Position numbers and translations under genes: made by a program. A stretch of 64,000 nt of DNA from an uncultured Bartonella sp. (GTDB lineage: Bacteria; Pseudomonadota; Alphaproteobacteria; Rhizobiales; Rhizobiaceae). Of this stretch, positions 30,151 to 39,390 are shown in pieces. The stretch lies in assembly GCA_945285915.1 (NCBI GenBank), contig CALYQL010000010.1:9104-73103 (forward strand), written 5' to 3'. The notes beneath the pieces were generated by a model, which worked only from the letters and a program-made list of their open reading frames with translations, had not been told where the DNA came from and ran no database searches. Numbering within the stretch: position 1 is the first letter of the stretch; the number at the start of each line of letters is the position of its first letter.

Positions 30151-30879
30151 ATGATTAATGTTAAAGCACTCATCGTCCATCTTGATAGAGCTGTTGACCG
30201 TTTGAAGCAGGTCAAGCAACTCTCTCAATCTTTGCCTTGTGCGACTGAAACAATTGTTGCAGTCGATAGCGCTTCGTTGGCTGATGATGTGGTTCAACAA
30301 TTTTATCAACGAAAGCTTTATCGTCCATATTATCCGTTTCGTCTTTCAAAAAATGAAATAGCATGTTTTTTATCGCATCGTGCCGCTTGGCAGAAAATTG
30401 TTGATGATAATCTTGATGCGGGTTTTGTGCTTGAAGATGATGTAAAGTTGCATGATGGATTTCTCGATGTGTTTGAGTTTTCACTACAACACGCCAATCA
30501 GGATAGTTTTATTCGTTTTCCATTTCGTGTTCGCGAACAGGGAAAGATCATAGCAGAACATGGCGCAATAAAGCTTATCAAACCATCGCAAGTTGGACTT
30601 GGTCAGGTTGCACAATTGATTGGAAAAAATGCTGCCCAACATTTACTTGATGTGACAGCACATTTTGATAGGCCGGTTGACACAACCATGCAAATGTATT
30701 GGCAAACTGGTGTGCATCCACTTGTTGTTTTGCCCCCAGTTGTCGAGGAAATATCCAGAGATCTTGGTGGCTCAACAATAAAGAAACCACGTGGCTTTTT
30801 ATCGCGACTCTATCGTGAAGTTGCACGCCCATTATATCGCCATAAGATAAAAGTTCTTTCTCAACGTAAGGATGGTTGA
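30151..30879 (+). CDS. Glycosyltransferase family 25 (LPS/LOS beta-1,4-hexosyltransferase type, LgtB/Lic2-like)
   Basis: The 242-aa ORF shows the GT25 pattern: VHLDRAVDRL, LSKNEIACFLSHRAAWQKIV and GFVLEDDVKL. Confidence 0.8.
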   Translation: MINVKALIVHLDRAVDRLKQVKQLSQSLPCATETIVAVDSASLADDVVQQFYQRKLYRPYYPFRLSKNEIACFLSHRAAWQKIVDDNLDAGFVLEDDVKLHDGFLDVFEFSLQHANQDSFIRFPFRVREQGKIIAEHGAIKLIKPSQVGLGQVAQLIGKNAAQHLLDVTAHFDRPVDTTMQMYWQTGVHPLVVLPPVVEEISRDLGGSTIKKPRGFLSRLYREVARPLYRHKIKVLSQRKDG

Positions 30880-31579
30880 AATGCCTGTTCCAATTCTTCT
30901 TTATCATCATATTGGCACACCACCATCATCAGGGATACCGGGGCGTTCTAATTACGTTACACCACAAAATTTCGAAAAACAGATGATGTGGTTAAACAGG
31001 CTTGGTTTTAAAGGTGTATCCCTTAAAGAAGGGATGCCCTATTTGCGCGGTGAAAAAGCAGGCAAGATAGCAATTATCACTTTTGATGACGGGTTTTTAT
31101 CAGTTTATCAATATGCGATGCCTGTACTTGATAGGCTGGGATTTACCGCTACCAATTTTTTTGTTGCTGAACGTATGGGGCTTGATAACGCTTGGGACAA
31201 CGTCAAAGCGCAACGCGACAAAATTATGACCTTTGATGAAATGCGTGTCTGGGCACAACATGGTCATGAAGTTGGCAGTCATACACTAACTCACCCACAT
31301 TTGACGGAAATTTCTCCTGAACAAGCGGAGCGTGAAATAATTCTATCGAAAACGATGATAGAAGACGCATTAGGCGAAACAATCCATTCGTTTGCCTATC
31401 CCTATGGTGATGAAAATGACATTATTCGCCAGTTGGTTGCAAAAGCTGGCTATAAGTTTGCTGTCACAACACAAAAAGGGCGCGCTCGTGGTACAGAAAA
31501 TGATTATAAGCTGCCACGTCACAGTATCCGTAGGAATGACACTATATTACATTTTCTAGCTAAGTGCCTATGCCGTTAA
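30872..31579 (+). CDS. Polysaccharide deacetylase (CE4) family protein
   Basis: The 235-aa ORF has the motifs ILLYHHIG, ITFDDGF, SHTLTHPHL and YPYG. Its start overlaps the GT25 stop by 8 nt. The ATG at 30881 is an alternative start. Confidence 0.85.
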   Translation: MVEMPVPILLYHHIGTPPSSGIPGRSNYVTPQNFEKQMMWLNRLGFKGVSLKEGMPYLRGEKAGKIAIITFDDGFLSVYQYAMPVLDRLGFTATNFFVAERMGLDNAWDNVKAQRDKIMTFDEMRVWAQHGHEVGSHTLTHPHLTEISPEQAEREIILSKTMIEDALGETIHSFAYPYGDENDIIRQLVAKAGYKFAVTTQKGRARGTENDYKLPRHSIRRNDTILHFLAKCLCR

Positions 31580-31762
31580 ATAAAATAGGGACATTCAGTG
31601 GTGGTGCCCCATTGTCGAAAGCGCAAAATTCGATTAAAAAAAACCGGGCTAAAAAGCCCGGTAATAAAATTTAAACAAGGGCATTTCAGAAACAAGTTTT
31701 TCACTGGAAGCCGAAATGTAATCCAGTTCTACTCTGTTATGGTTAACAGAGAGTAAAGGGTA

Positions 31763-33658
31763 ATGGTGCGCAATAGAGCAACGAGAATTGTTATTGGTGT
31801 GATTGTTGTCTTAGTGCTGGCTATTGTAGCAGTTGCGCTAACACTACCAGCACTTGTTTCAACCGATGCTATCCGTGTTCGTCTTGCGCAAGATCTAAGT
31901 GCATGGACAGGTTATAATGTTCAATTGCGAGAAGCACCTCGCCTCAATCTTTTTCCTTATCCAAGAGCATCACTCTCAGGAGTTACCCTAACATCAATGA
32001 CAGATGATAGTGTGCCATTGATGGAGGCTGAACGGATAGAAGTTGATTTGTCGCTAATAGATGCCTTGTTGGGGCGTATATCATTTTCACAGACACGCAT
32101 TATTCATCCACGTTTTGTTATGGATGAGCCGGTAAAGACTGTATCTGATTTTTTTGGTACCCTTTCACGCTCTCAAGGTACATTTGGATCAGCAGTGCGC
32201 GAAGCGCGTGAAATTGTTGCTAAAAATCCTAACAATCCTGATACAACACGTTTGCTTAACCAGCCTTTTGGACGCATTGTTATTGAAAATGGTGAATTGA
32301 TCTATCGTGAAACTCTTGACGGTAATTCAGAAAAAATCACCGATCTAAATGCTGTTATGGAATGGCCCGAAACAACGCGGGCTGCATATTTCCACTCCAA
32401 TGCACGCTGGCATGGACAATTGACAGAACTTAATATTGATGCAGCGCAAGCATTATTATTTTTGTCAGGTGGACAAAGCCAAATCAAGGCCAGTTTCAAT
32501 TCACGGAGCGGCGGTATAACATTTGAAGGCAAGGGTAGACTTTCCGATAACTTTTTTTTCGATGGCCATTTATCAGCGCGGTCTCCAGGCTGGAACCAGA
32601 CGCTTAATTGGATTGGCTACCATCAGGTTTTAGGGCAGGGCGTAAAAGTACCGCTCGTCTGGGAATCCCGTTTGCAAGCCCAATCTGGCCATGTCCAATT
32701 GAATGATGTGTTTTTAAAGTTGGGCAATGATAATGCACGGGGAGCATTGGAGGCAAATGTTCAAAATGGTCAGCCTGTTACCACAGGCTCACTTGCTTTT
32801 GATGGGCTTGATCTCGACACATTGATTTCTGCGTTTTTTCCTGATGAGGATAGGAATGAGAAGCTTGATTTGACGGTGCTGGATAAGATCGGTCTTGATC
32901 TTCGTGTTTCTGCACCAGAAGCAACATTTGGCAATGTTACACTCAATAATCTGGCAGCAGCAATTCAGATTCGGAATGGTCATGGGATATTTGATCTCGG
33001 AAATGCAAATGCATTTAGTGGCTCCATACAATGCAATATTCAAATTAATAGAATTGACGGTAATGCCTATTTGGAAGGGCGTATTTCGGGAAGTAATGTC
33101 GATGTTAAAAGATTGGCGAAATTTCTTGATAAACCATCAATCATAGAGGCAAAGACCGGCTTCATATTATTAATGCATGCACCATTCAGCCGGTGGTCAG
33201 AACTGGCTGCAAAAATGGACGGGCAATTAACGTTGAATATCCAGTCCGGGCGGTTGAAAGGATATAGTATCGATAATCTGCGTTCAATGCTTGGTAACAA
33301 TACCGCTTTTGTTTTATCGAACTCGGAAAATACAAAGACAAGTTTTGATCGTTGGGACATTCAAGCCTCTATCAAAAACAGAAATCTCGATATTAATAAA
33401 TCAGTCATGCATATGGGCGATTGGGTTTTATCAACAAAAGGTAGTGCCAAGTTGCAAACTGAGGCGACGGATATCAAGGATTATACCATCGCTTTGCAAT
33501 CTGTTTTAGAAAAAGGTCCCCGTTCCGACGGAAATTGTAGTGATGTAATTTGTTTGAAAAATAGTTTGCAAAAGCCACATAGTTTTTCAATGAATGGGGC
33601 AGACTTTCCTAAAGGAAATATCAATATAAAGCAGTACCCATTAGATATTGAACAGTAA
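31763..33658 (+). CDS. AsmA-family outer-membrane biogenesis protein
   Basis: The 631-aa ORF has an N-terminal anchor (IVIGVIVVLVLAIVAVALTLPALV) and an AsmA-like opening (IRVRLAQDLSAWTGYNVQL). The rest is a long beta-rich body. Confidence 0.8.
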   Translation: MVRNRATRIVIGVIVVLVLAIVAVALTLPALVSTDAIRVRLAQDLSAWTGYNVQLREAPRLNLFPYPRASLSGVTLTSMTDDSVPLMEAERIEVDLSLIDALLGRISFSQTRIIHPRFVMDEPVKTVSDFFGTLSRSQGTFGSAVREAREIVAKNPNNPDTTRLLNQPFGRIVIENGELIYRETLDGNSEKITDLNAVMEWPETTRAAYFHSNARWHGQLTELNIDAAQALLFLSGGQSQIKASFNSRSGGITFEGKGRLSDNFFFDGHLSARSPGWNQTLNWIGYHQVLGQGVKVPLVWESRLQAQSGHVQLNDVFLKLGNDNARGALEANVQNGQPVTTGSLAFDGLDLDTLISAFFPDEDRNEKLDLTVLDKIGLDLRVSAPEATFGNVTLNNLAAAIQIRNGHGIFDLGNANAFSGSIQCNIQINRIDGNAYLEGRISGSNVDVKRLAKFLDKPSIIEAKTGFILLMHAPFSRWSELAAKMDGQLTLNIQSGRLKGYSIDNLRSMLGNNTAFVLSNSENTKTSFDRWDIQASIKNRNLDINKSVMHMGDWVLSTKGSAKLQTEATDIKDYTIALQSVLEKGPRSDGNCSDVICLKNSLQKPHSFSMNGADFPKGNINIKQYPLDIEQ

Positions 33659-33781
33659 GAAGTCATTCTAATATTTAAATTGATTATGCATTTGTAAAAT
33701 TTTTATAATATTTTTCAAATAGTTGTAAATGCATCTGTATTGTAAACAATTTGCTCAAAGTAGTAATATGAGAGAAAAATA

Positions 33782-34462
33782 ATGGTTGAACTCTTGTCTC
33801 TTAGAATTGGCGGAATTGCCCCTCTTGGGAATGAAGGTGTTTTGAGTGGCATCAATAAAGCCGCGATACAGGGTGAGGTTATGTTGACCAAAACCGGCTT
33901 TATTGGTGATGATCAGGCAGATAAAAAACACCATGGTGGTGTAGAAAAAGCGGTTCATCATTATGATTATGGTCATTATGCTTTCTGGAAAACAGAATTA
34001 GAGAATTGTACCGTTTTTGATACTCTTGGAGCTTTTGGAGAAAATCTTTCTACCGTAGGAGTGACAGAAAAAGATATTGCCGTTGGCGATGTCTTTCGTT
34101 TGGGCGGGGCCATCATTGAAGTATCACAGGGACGGCAACCTTGCTTCAAACTCAATTTAAGGTTTTCTACACCTGATATGGCCTTAAGAGTGCAAAATAG
34201 TGGCAGAACAGGGTGGTATTACCGAGTATTACAGGAAGGGCCCGTTAAATTATCTGATGAGCTAAAACGTATCGAAAGAAAGTGTGAAGAATGGACGATT
34301 CATCGTTTATGGCAAGCTTTATATGTCACACGAAACGATAGGGAAGAACTTTCTAAGATAGCGAACCTTGATCTGCTTGCCCCAAATTGGCGGAAACTTG
34401 CAGAAAAAAGACTGGCAAGTCATTCAATTGAAGATTGGTCAAAGCGGCTGAATGGAGCATAA
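33782..34462 (+). CDS. MOSC domain-containing protein (YiiM-like)
   Basis: The 226-aa ORF has the motifs HGGVEKAVHHY, GAFGENL, VSQGRQPCFKLN and GRTGWYYRVLQEG. Confidence 0.85.
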   Translation: MVELLSLRIGGIAPLGNEGVLSGINKAAIQGEVMLTKTGFIGDDQADKKHHGGVEKAVHHYDYGHYAFWKTELENCTVFDTLGAFGENLSTVGVTEKDIAVGDVFRLGGAIIEVSQGRQPCFKLNLRFSTPDMALRVQNSGRTGWYYRVLQEGPVKLSDELKRIERKCEEWTIHRLWQALYVTRNDREELSKIANLDLLAPNWRKLAEKRLASHSIEDWSKRLNGA

Positions 34463-34723
34463 GGCTTGATAAAATTTTGTATTTCTTTTAATATTTAAAA
34501 TATTATGAATTTATAAAAAATATATTTTATGAATTTTATTCAAATTGTAATTCATTTAAAATAATTACCTAAAGTATATCTAAAATTTAATATATCTATA
34601 ATTTTTTTCCGCGGAAAATTCTATATAATAATTTTAAGTATTATTTTACATTCTTGCAACTTGTTGTATTGGGTAAGTTGATGGAGTAGAATGGTACTGA
34701 ATTAAAGTATGGAAAGTAGATAA

Positions 34724-35551
34724 ATGAGTGTACCTGTTCTAAAAATGAATGATGGCAACACTATTCCGCAATTAGGTTATGGTGTTTGGAAAATTTCTGA
34801 TGAAGATGCAGAAGGTTCCGTTCTTCAGGCATTAAAAACCGGATACCGACATATTGATACCGCCAAGATCTATAATAATGAAGGCGGTGTGGGACGTGGC
34901 ATAGCAGCATCAGATATTGCTCGCGAAAAAATCTTTATTACAACCAAGGTTTGGAATAGCGATCAGGGCTACGATGAAACGCTTAAAGCCTTTGATGAAA
35001 GTGCAAAACGATTGGGCGTAAAGACAATTGATATGTATTTGATACATTGGCCCATGCCCGTGCGCGACAAATTTGTTGAAACATGGAAAGCACTAATAAG
35101 ATTGCGTCAAGAAAACCGCGTTCGCTCTATAGGTGTGTGTAATTTCCGAATTGCAGATCTCGAACGCTTGATAAAGGAAACAGGTGTTGCACCAGCTGTT
35201 AATCAGGTTGAGTTGCACCCGCAATTTCAGCAAAAAGAACTCCGCATATTTCATGAGAAAAATAACATTTTGACAGAAGCTTGGGCTCCATTGGGACGGG
35301 GACTTTTTTTTGATGATCCATTGTTGCAATCCATTGCTGAAGAACATAGCAAAACAGTGGCGCAAATCGTTCTTCGTTGGCATATGGAATTGGGAACAAT
35401 TGCTATTCCGAAATCACAATCAACCGTGCGGATGGCCGAGAATTTCGATATATTCGACTTCAAGCTAACAGCTGCCGATCATGATAAAATCGCGTCATTG
35501 GATAAAATTGACGGGCGTATGGGACCTAACCCTGATGAGTTTTTAGGGTGA
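34724..35551 (+). CDS. Aldo/keto reductase (DkgA-like)
   Basis: The 275-aa ORF has the motifs GYRHIDTAKIYNNE, YLIHWP, NQVELHP and IPKS. Confidence 0.9.
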   Translation: MSVPVLKMNDGNTIPQLGYGVWKISDEDAEGSVLQALKTGYRHIDTAKIYNNEGGVGRGIAASDIAREKIFITTKVWNSDQGYDETLKAFDESAKRLGVKTIDMYLIHWPMPVRDKFVETWKALIRLRQENRVRSIGVCNFRIADLERLIKETGVAPAVNQVELHPQFQQKELRIFHEKNNILTEAWAPLGRGLFFDDPLLQSIAEEHSKTVAQIVLRWHMELGTIAIPKSQSTVRMAENFDIFDFKLTAADHDKIASLDKIDGRMGPNPDEFLG

Positions 35552-35603
35552 TGAGCTAATTGCTCTATGATCGATAATAGCAAGGTATTTTAAACACAAA
35601 AAG

Positions 35604-35625
35604 AAGGGGCTCAATTGAGCCCCTT
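35604..35625. terminator. Bidirectional hairpin terminator (serves the AKR gene on + and the 47-aa ORF on -)
   Basis: AAGGGGCTC-aatt-GAGCCCCTT is a 9-bp GC-rich stem. It is followed by TTTAAGTTT on the + strand and CTTTTTGTGTTT on the minus strand. Confidence 0.75.
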
Positions 35626-35655
35626 TAAGTTTATCATCCATTATGCTGATAATTA

Positions 35656-35799
35656 TCAACGGGAAGATGCATGAATGCCATATCCATCGTTGGTGATAAA
35701 CTGTTTGTCGCTTGCACCTACTGAGCCGATACCGGCTGCCACAAGTATAAAGGTGAAAAGCGCAGCGACAGTCACCAAAGTGGCTCTCTTTGCAGACAT
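35656..35799 (-). CDS. Unlisted small ORF, 47 aa, predicted membrane-anchored or secreted peptide
   Basis: Manual translation gives MSAKRATLVTVAALFTFILVAAGIGSVGASDKQFITNDGYGIHASSR. A GGAG SD sits 7-8 nt upstream of the ATG (GGAGATATAATATG). There is a double stop (TGA TAA), and the terminator hairpin lies 30 nt downstream. The ORF is below the 60-aa cutoff of the ORF track. Confidence 0.45.
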   Translation of the reverse strand: MSAKRATLVTVAALFTFILVAAGIGSVGASDKQFITNDGYGIHASSR

Positions 35800-35960
35800 A
35801 TTATATCTCCAATCAGAAGTGCTGTTTTAAAATGCAATCAGTGAATTTCAAGAAGTCATATAGCTAACTTTTTTTTTCGACAATGCATGAGAAGCTTATT
35901 TCGCAGCTTTTTTGCGTTAGAGTAAAAAAAAGTTAAATATGTTGCATCACGGTCACTGCA

Positions 35961-36842
35961 TTAATGAGCCTTACGATTTTCCTTGATAGCGACACTGATT
36001 GTACGACCAGCAACGAGATTGATGTTGTCAGGAACTGGATCGAGTTTAATTCTTACCGGTACACGTTGAGCCAACCGTACCCAATTGAATGTAGGTGCTA
36101 CATTGGCAAGCAAACTTGATGATTCTGATCTCTCACGATCTTCAATACCAGCTGCAAAACCTTCAACAACACCGGTTAGAATAGTATCGGAACCCATGAT
36201 GTGAATGGTAACGCGATTACCAATATGGATGCGATCAAGTTTGTTTTCTTCAAAATATCCAGAAGCATAATAGGAATCGGTATCAACCAATGCTGTCACG
36301 GGTTGTCCACGCGTCACATATTCACCAGGTTGAAGAGAAAAATTGGTCATTTTTCCATTGACGCTTGCGCGCACTGTAGACCTTGCAAGATCAAGCTTTG
36401 CGGTATCCAGTTGCACTTGCGCTTTTCTGTATGCGGCTGCTGTTTGCAGCTCTTGCATTTCGGCTGTTTCCAGTTGTTGCCGTGTGACCGTCGCATCATC
36501 AAGTTTGCGATAACGCTCCAGATCACGTTTAGCTTGGTCATGGGCCGCTTTAGCATTGTCTATTTGTGCTTTTGCATCTTCCAATGCCAGTTCAAAACGC
36601 TGTGGGTCAATTTTGAAAATAATATCGCCTTTTCTTACCATCTGGTTGTCGACAACATCAACTTCCGTGACGAGACCCGAAACGTCAGGCGCGACGCGCA
36701 CAACGTCCGCACTTATTTTGCCATCTCTCGTCCATGGATCGTTCATGTAATAATCCCATAAATGCCAAAGAAGAAGACTGGCAATCGCAACCATGACGAC
36801 GGTAAAAAATATACGACCGGAGTTGGCGATAAGTTTATTCAT
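35961..36842 (-). CDS. HlyD-family efflux periplasmic adaptor (AaeA-like)
   Basis: The 293-aa ORF has an N-terminal anchor, a biotinyl-lipoyl-like motif (VAPDVSGLVTEVDVVDNQMVRKGDIIFKIDP) and a coiled-coil hairpin. It is the last gene of the FUSC-DUF1656-HlyD operon. Confidence 0.85.
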   Translation of the reverse strand: MNKLIANSGRIFFTVVMVAIASLLLWHLWDYYMNDPWTRDGKISADVVRVAPDVSGLVTEVDVVDNQMVRKGDIIFKIDPQRFELALEDAKAQIDNAKAAHDQAKRDLERYRKLDDATVTRQQLETAEMQELQTAAAYRKAQVQLDTAKLDLARSTVRASVNGKMTNFSLQPGEYVTRGQPVTALVDTDSYYASGYFEENKLDRIHIGNRVTIHIMGSDTILTGVVEGFAAGIEDRERSESSSLLANVAPTFNWVRLAQRVPVRIKLDPVPDNINLVAGRTISVAIKENRKAH

Positions 36843-36847
36843 ATCCG

Positions 36848-37054
36848 TTAAACCCGTGTTACAATAATCGAAAGACTACTTAATATGATGAAATAAGTGG
36901 CAGCAGCGAATAACGCATGGTGCCAGATAAAGCGCTGGAACCGCAGATGTGTGATTAGTTTTTGTAACCCTACATTCAAAAAGTAACTCACCAGTGCAAG
37001 AACACCAAGTGTCGGGATATATACGCCGTAAATATCGACTTCGGGATTCATCAC
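36848..37054 (-). CDS. DUF1656 small membrane protein (AaeX-like)
   Basis: The 68-aa ORF has two hydrophobic helices and an FIWHHALFAAATYF motif comparable to E. coli AaeX (WHPALFNTALY). Its start overlaps the FUSC stop. Confidence 0.75.
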   Translation of the reverse strand: MMNPEVDIYGVYIPTLGVLALVSYFLNVGLQKLITHLRFQRFIWHHALFAAATYFIILSSLSIIVTRV

Positions 37055-39138
37055 ATATGCCTTCTGTTAAATTTAGGGGGAACAACCTTGAAAGGTTCAG
37101 CATTCCCAAATAGATTTTGTCGCAAGCCAGTTAATGCAAATGATATTCGCTGATGGCTTTCACTATCTGGAATTGAGATTATCCAGTTAATTGCCCTATC
37201 AATAGCGCCCAGTAGCTCTTCACCATCAGGTTCATCGGTACTTTTTGCTTTTACACGATAATAAAAAGCCAATTCGTCAAGGACTTCATTGATATTTCTT
37301 CGGCTTGTTGGTCCTTGTTCGTCTTTAAGGTGCTGCAATTCAAGAGTATCAAGGCCAACGCGTACATCTTTGAGAATATCGAATTTTCTAACATCGGAAT
37401 GCGGTGGTATGAGTGCATAGCGCGGTGCAATCAACCCGTAACGATCAAGCATACGATGCAAAAATTGGCTATGCTTTGTTGAATTGTTTTGTTTCTTTGC
37501 AACATTAAGAATATCGGACCAGCCAGAACGGATAAGCCGAAATGCACTCCATTCTGCTCCCACAGATCTGACAATACTTGTGGTTGCAGCAGCAATGATA
37601 ATTCCCAATATCATTGCCGTGTTAATATTGATGAAACTGTAAAAATCGCTGTTCAACTTCGATTGCAACAACAACAAATTGGGAAGATTAACCGTCAATG
37701 TCATGCCCATGGCAAATTTTGACGGAATAGCCATCATAATTCCGGCGGGAATGAGTACCAGTCCAAGACAGAGCATCAGTGGTATGAAACCATCGATGAT
37801 TGGGAAAAGGGCAAATTCTAAAATAAAGGCGACAATGAGAACGATAAAAATCTGTTTCAGCATTCCACGGATAGCAGGCACTGGGTCATCTTTAGTGGCA
37901 AATAGACTACTAAAAATACCTGTCATCATGGCGGCAGTTCCGCCTTGGGTCCATTCCGTCAGCCGCCAAAGTGTAACAGTGATAAAGACCGCCATTATAG
38001 CCGAAAAGGCTGATAGAAAAGCAATGCCGAAATCGTAATGGATTGATCGGATTTTTCCAAGAAAGTCAAAACGGTGCCAATGCAATTTATGTTTGGTGCC
38101 ATTAACAATGTCATTACGCAGATGCAAGCAATCCGAATAGATTTGCATGATGTCGACCAAGCGCACCGTCAGATTGCGCGAAACAAGATCAACCCAGTCT
38201 TTTGATCGAGAAATATTGTTCAATATCGACTCACGAAGCGTTCTTATACGGATTAAGTCATCTGATTTCATCGGTTTGTTGGTGGCAAGCCAACTTATTG
38301 TTTCCTTGATTAGCATATCGAGTTTTTCGTTGTTGCTGACGCCACCAAGCTGTTCTTTAATCAACTTTGTGCGCTGATTAATAAGGTCATTACAACTGGC
38401 AACCATTGGCAATAAAGCAACCATACGGCTTTGTAAGATACGCATTGCATTAACAGTGGTTCTTAATGTCGAGGTATCATAGGTAACATGCGTGGTAAAA
38501 CTGCGTAGATCCACCGCGTCCATGGCAAGTTCTTGCCGGCTTTTTAACGCTTCAACCGTATTGCCTTTTCCTTCGATGCACATAATGGCAAGGTTAGCAC
38601 TGTTTTTAAGCCATTTGTCGATACGTGTGGCCAATATTGGGCCTGCATGACGTGGGAAAACAAGGCGCCCCACAAGGGCGGCACAAATGATGCCAACACT
38701 TATCTCTTCAACACGGTTTGATGCATATTCAAAAACCTTTTCTGGGGTATCGACAATCATGAAGGCGATGATGCCGGCCGTATATCCAGCCAACATTGCC
38801 ACATAGGCACGCGGGGTGCGATCCAGCAGGCTTAAAAACAAGCATGTGCCGAGCCATAAAGCTAACCCAAGTGTTGTTAATTCTGGAGATGGTATAAGTT
38901 TGGGAAGCATGACAACGGTTGCCAAGCCACCAATTGCGGTTCCGAGCAATCGGTAAAAAGCTTTGGAGGTCAATGCTCCAGACAATGGATGCGCAACAAT
39001 ATAGACGGCCGTCATTGCCCAATATGGGTTCGGTAGGTCACATAAAAAAGCAATATAAAGAGCCAAGGCAGCTGCAGCAAAAGTTTTTAAAGAAAAAACC
39101 ACGCTCCAAACTGTTAATTGTTCACCATTATTCGTCAT
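37051..39138 (-). CDS. FUSC-family (fusaric acid resistance / AaeB-like) efflux protein
   Basis: The 695-aa ORF has two clusters of TM helices separated by a long cytoplasmic helical region. It has an AaeB-like N-terminus (FSLKTFAAAALALYIAFLCDLPNPYWAM). Confidence 0.85.
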   Translation of the reverse strand: MTNNGEQLTVWSVVFSLKTFAAAALALYIAFLCDLPNPYWAMTAVYIVAHPLSGALTSKAFYRLLGTAIGGLATVVMLPKLIPSPELTTLGLALWLGTCLFLSLLDRTPRAYVAMLAGYTAGIIAFMIVDTPEKVFEYASNRVEEISVGIICAALVGRLVFPRHAGPILATRIDKWLKNSANLAIMCIEGKGNTVEALKSRQELAMDAVDLRSFTTHVTYDTSTLRTTVNAMRILQSRMVALLPMVASCNDLINQRTKLIKEQLGGVSNNEKLDMLIKETISWLATNKPMKSDDLIRIRTLRESILNNISRSKDWVDLVSRNLTVRLVDIMQIYSDCLHLRNDIVNGTKHKLHWHRFDFLGKIRSIHYDFGIAFLSAFSAIMAVFITVTLWRLTEWTQGGTAAMMTGIFSSLFATKDDPVPAIRGMLKQIFIVLIVAFILEFALFPIIDGFIPLMLCLGLVLIPAGIMMAIPSKFAMGMTLTVNLPNLLLLQSKLNSDFYSFININTAMILGIIIAAATTSIVRSVGAEWSAFRLIRSGWSDILNVAKKQNNSTKHSQFLHRMLDRYGLIAPRYALIPPHSDVRKFDILKDVRVGLDTLELQHLKDEQGPTSRRNINEVLDELAFYYRVKAKSTDEPDGEELLGAIDRAINWIISIPDSESHQRISFALTGLRQNLFGNAEPFKVVPPKFNRRHM

Positions 39139-39390
39139 CTAGAGTCATCAAAAAACAAACAAACGGGCAAAAGAGATTATCCTTTTGCCCGGGACAAAGG
39201 TTAAGCTGCTTTCCAACAAAAACACCATATATCAAGCGTGTGGAGGAGTAGTCTATTGGACACTTAATAATTTCGTTTTATGATAATTTCCAATCACCTT
39301 TTTGTAAAAAGCTGCTAAGATTTTTGACAAATTCGAATTATTTGTGTCTCCTAATGCAACAGATACCCATGGATCTTAGGAAAACTTGTT

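Noticed and set aside
31643-31662. This is the hairpin ACCGGGC-taaaaa-GCCCGGT between the CE4 deacetylase gene and asmA.
   Set aside because: Its long U-run is on the minus strand (A8 precedes it on the + strand), while both neighbouring genes are on the + strand. It may still act as a weak bidirectional terminator, but the support is too weak to list it as a feature.
36201-36761. This is a 186-aa ORF antisense to the HlyD-family gene.
   Set aside because: It lies entirely inside a well-supported gene on the other strand. Its translation is Cys/His/Phe/Ile-rich with no motif, which is typical of a shadow ORF.
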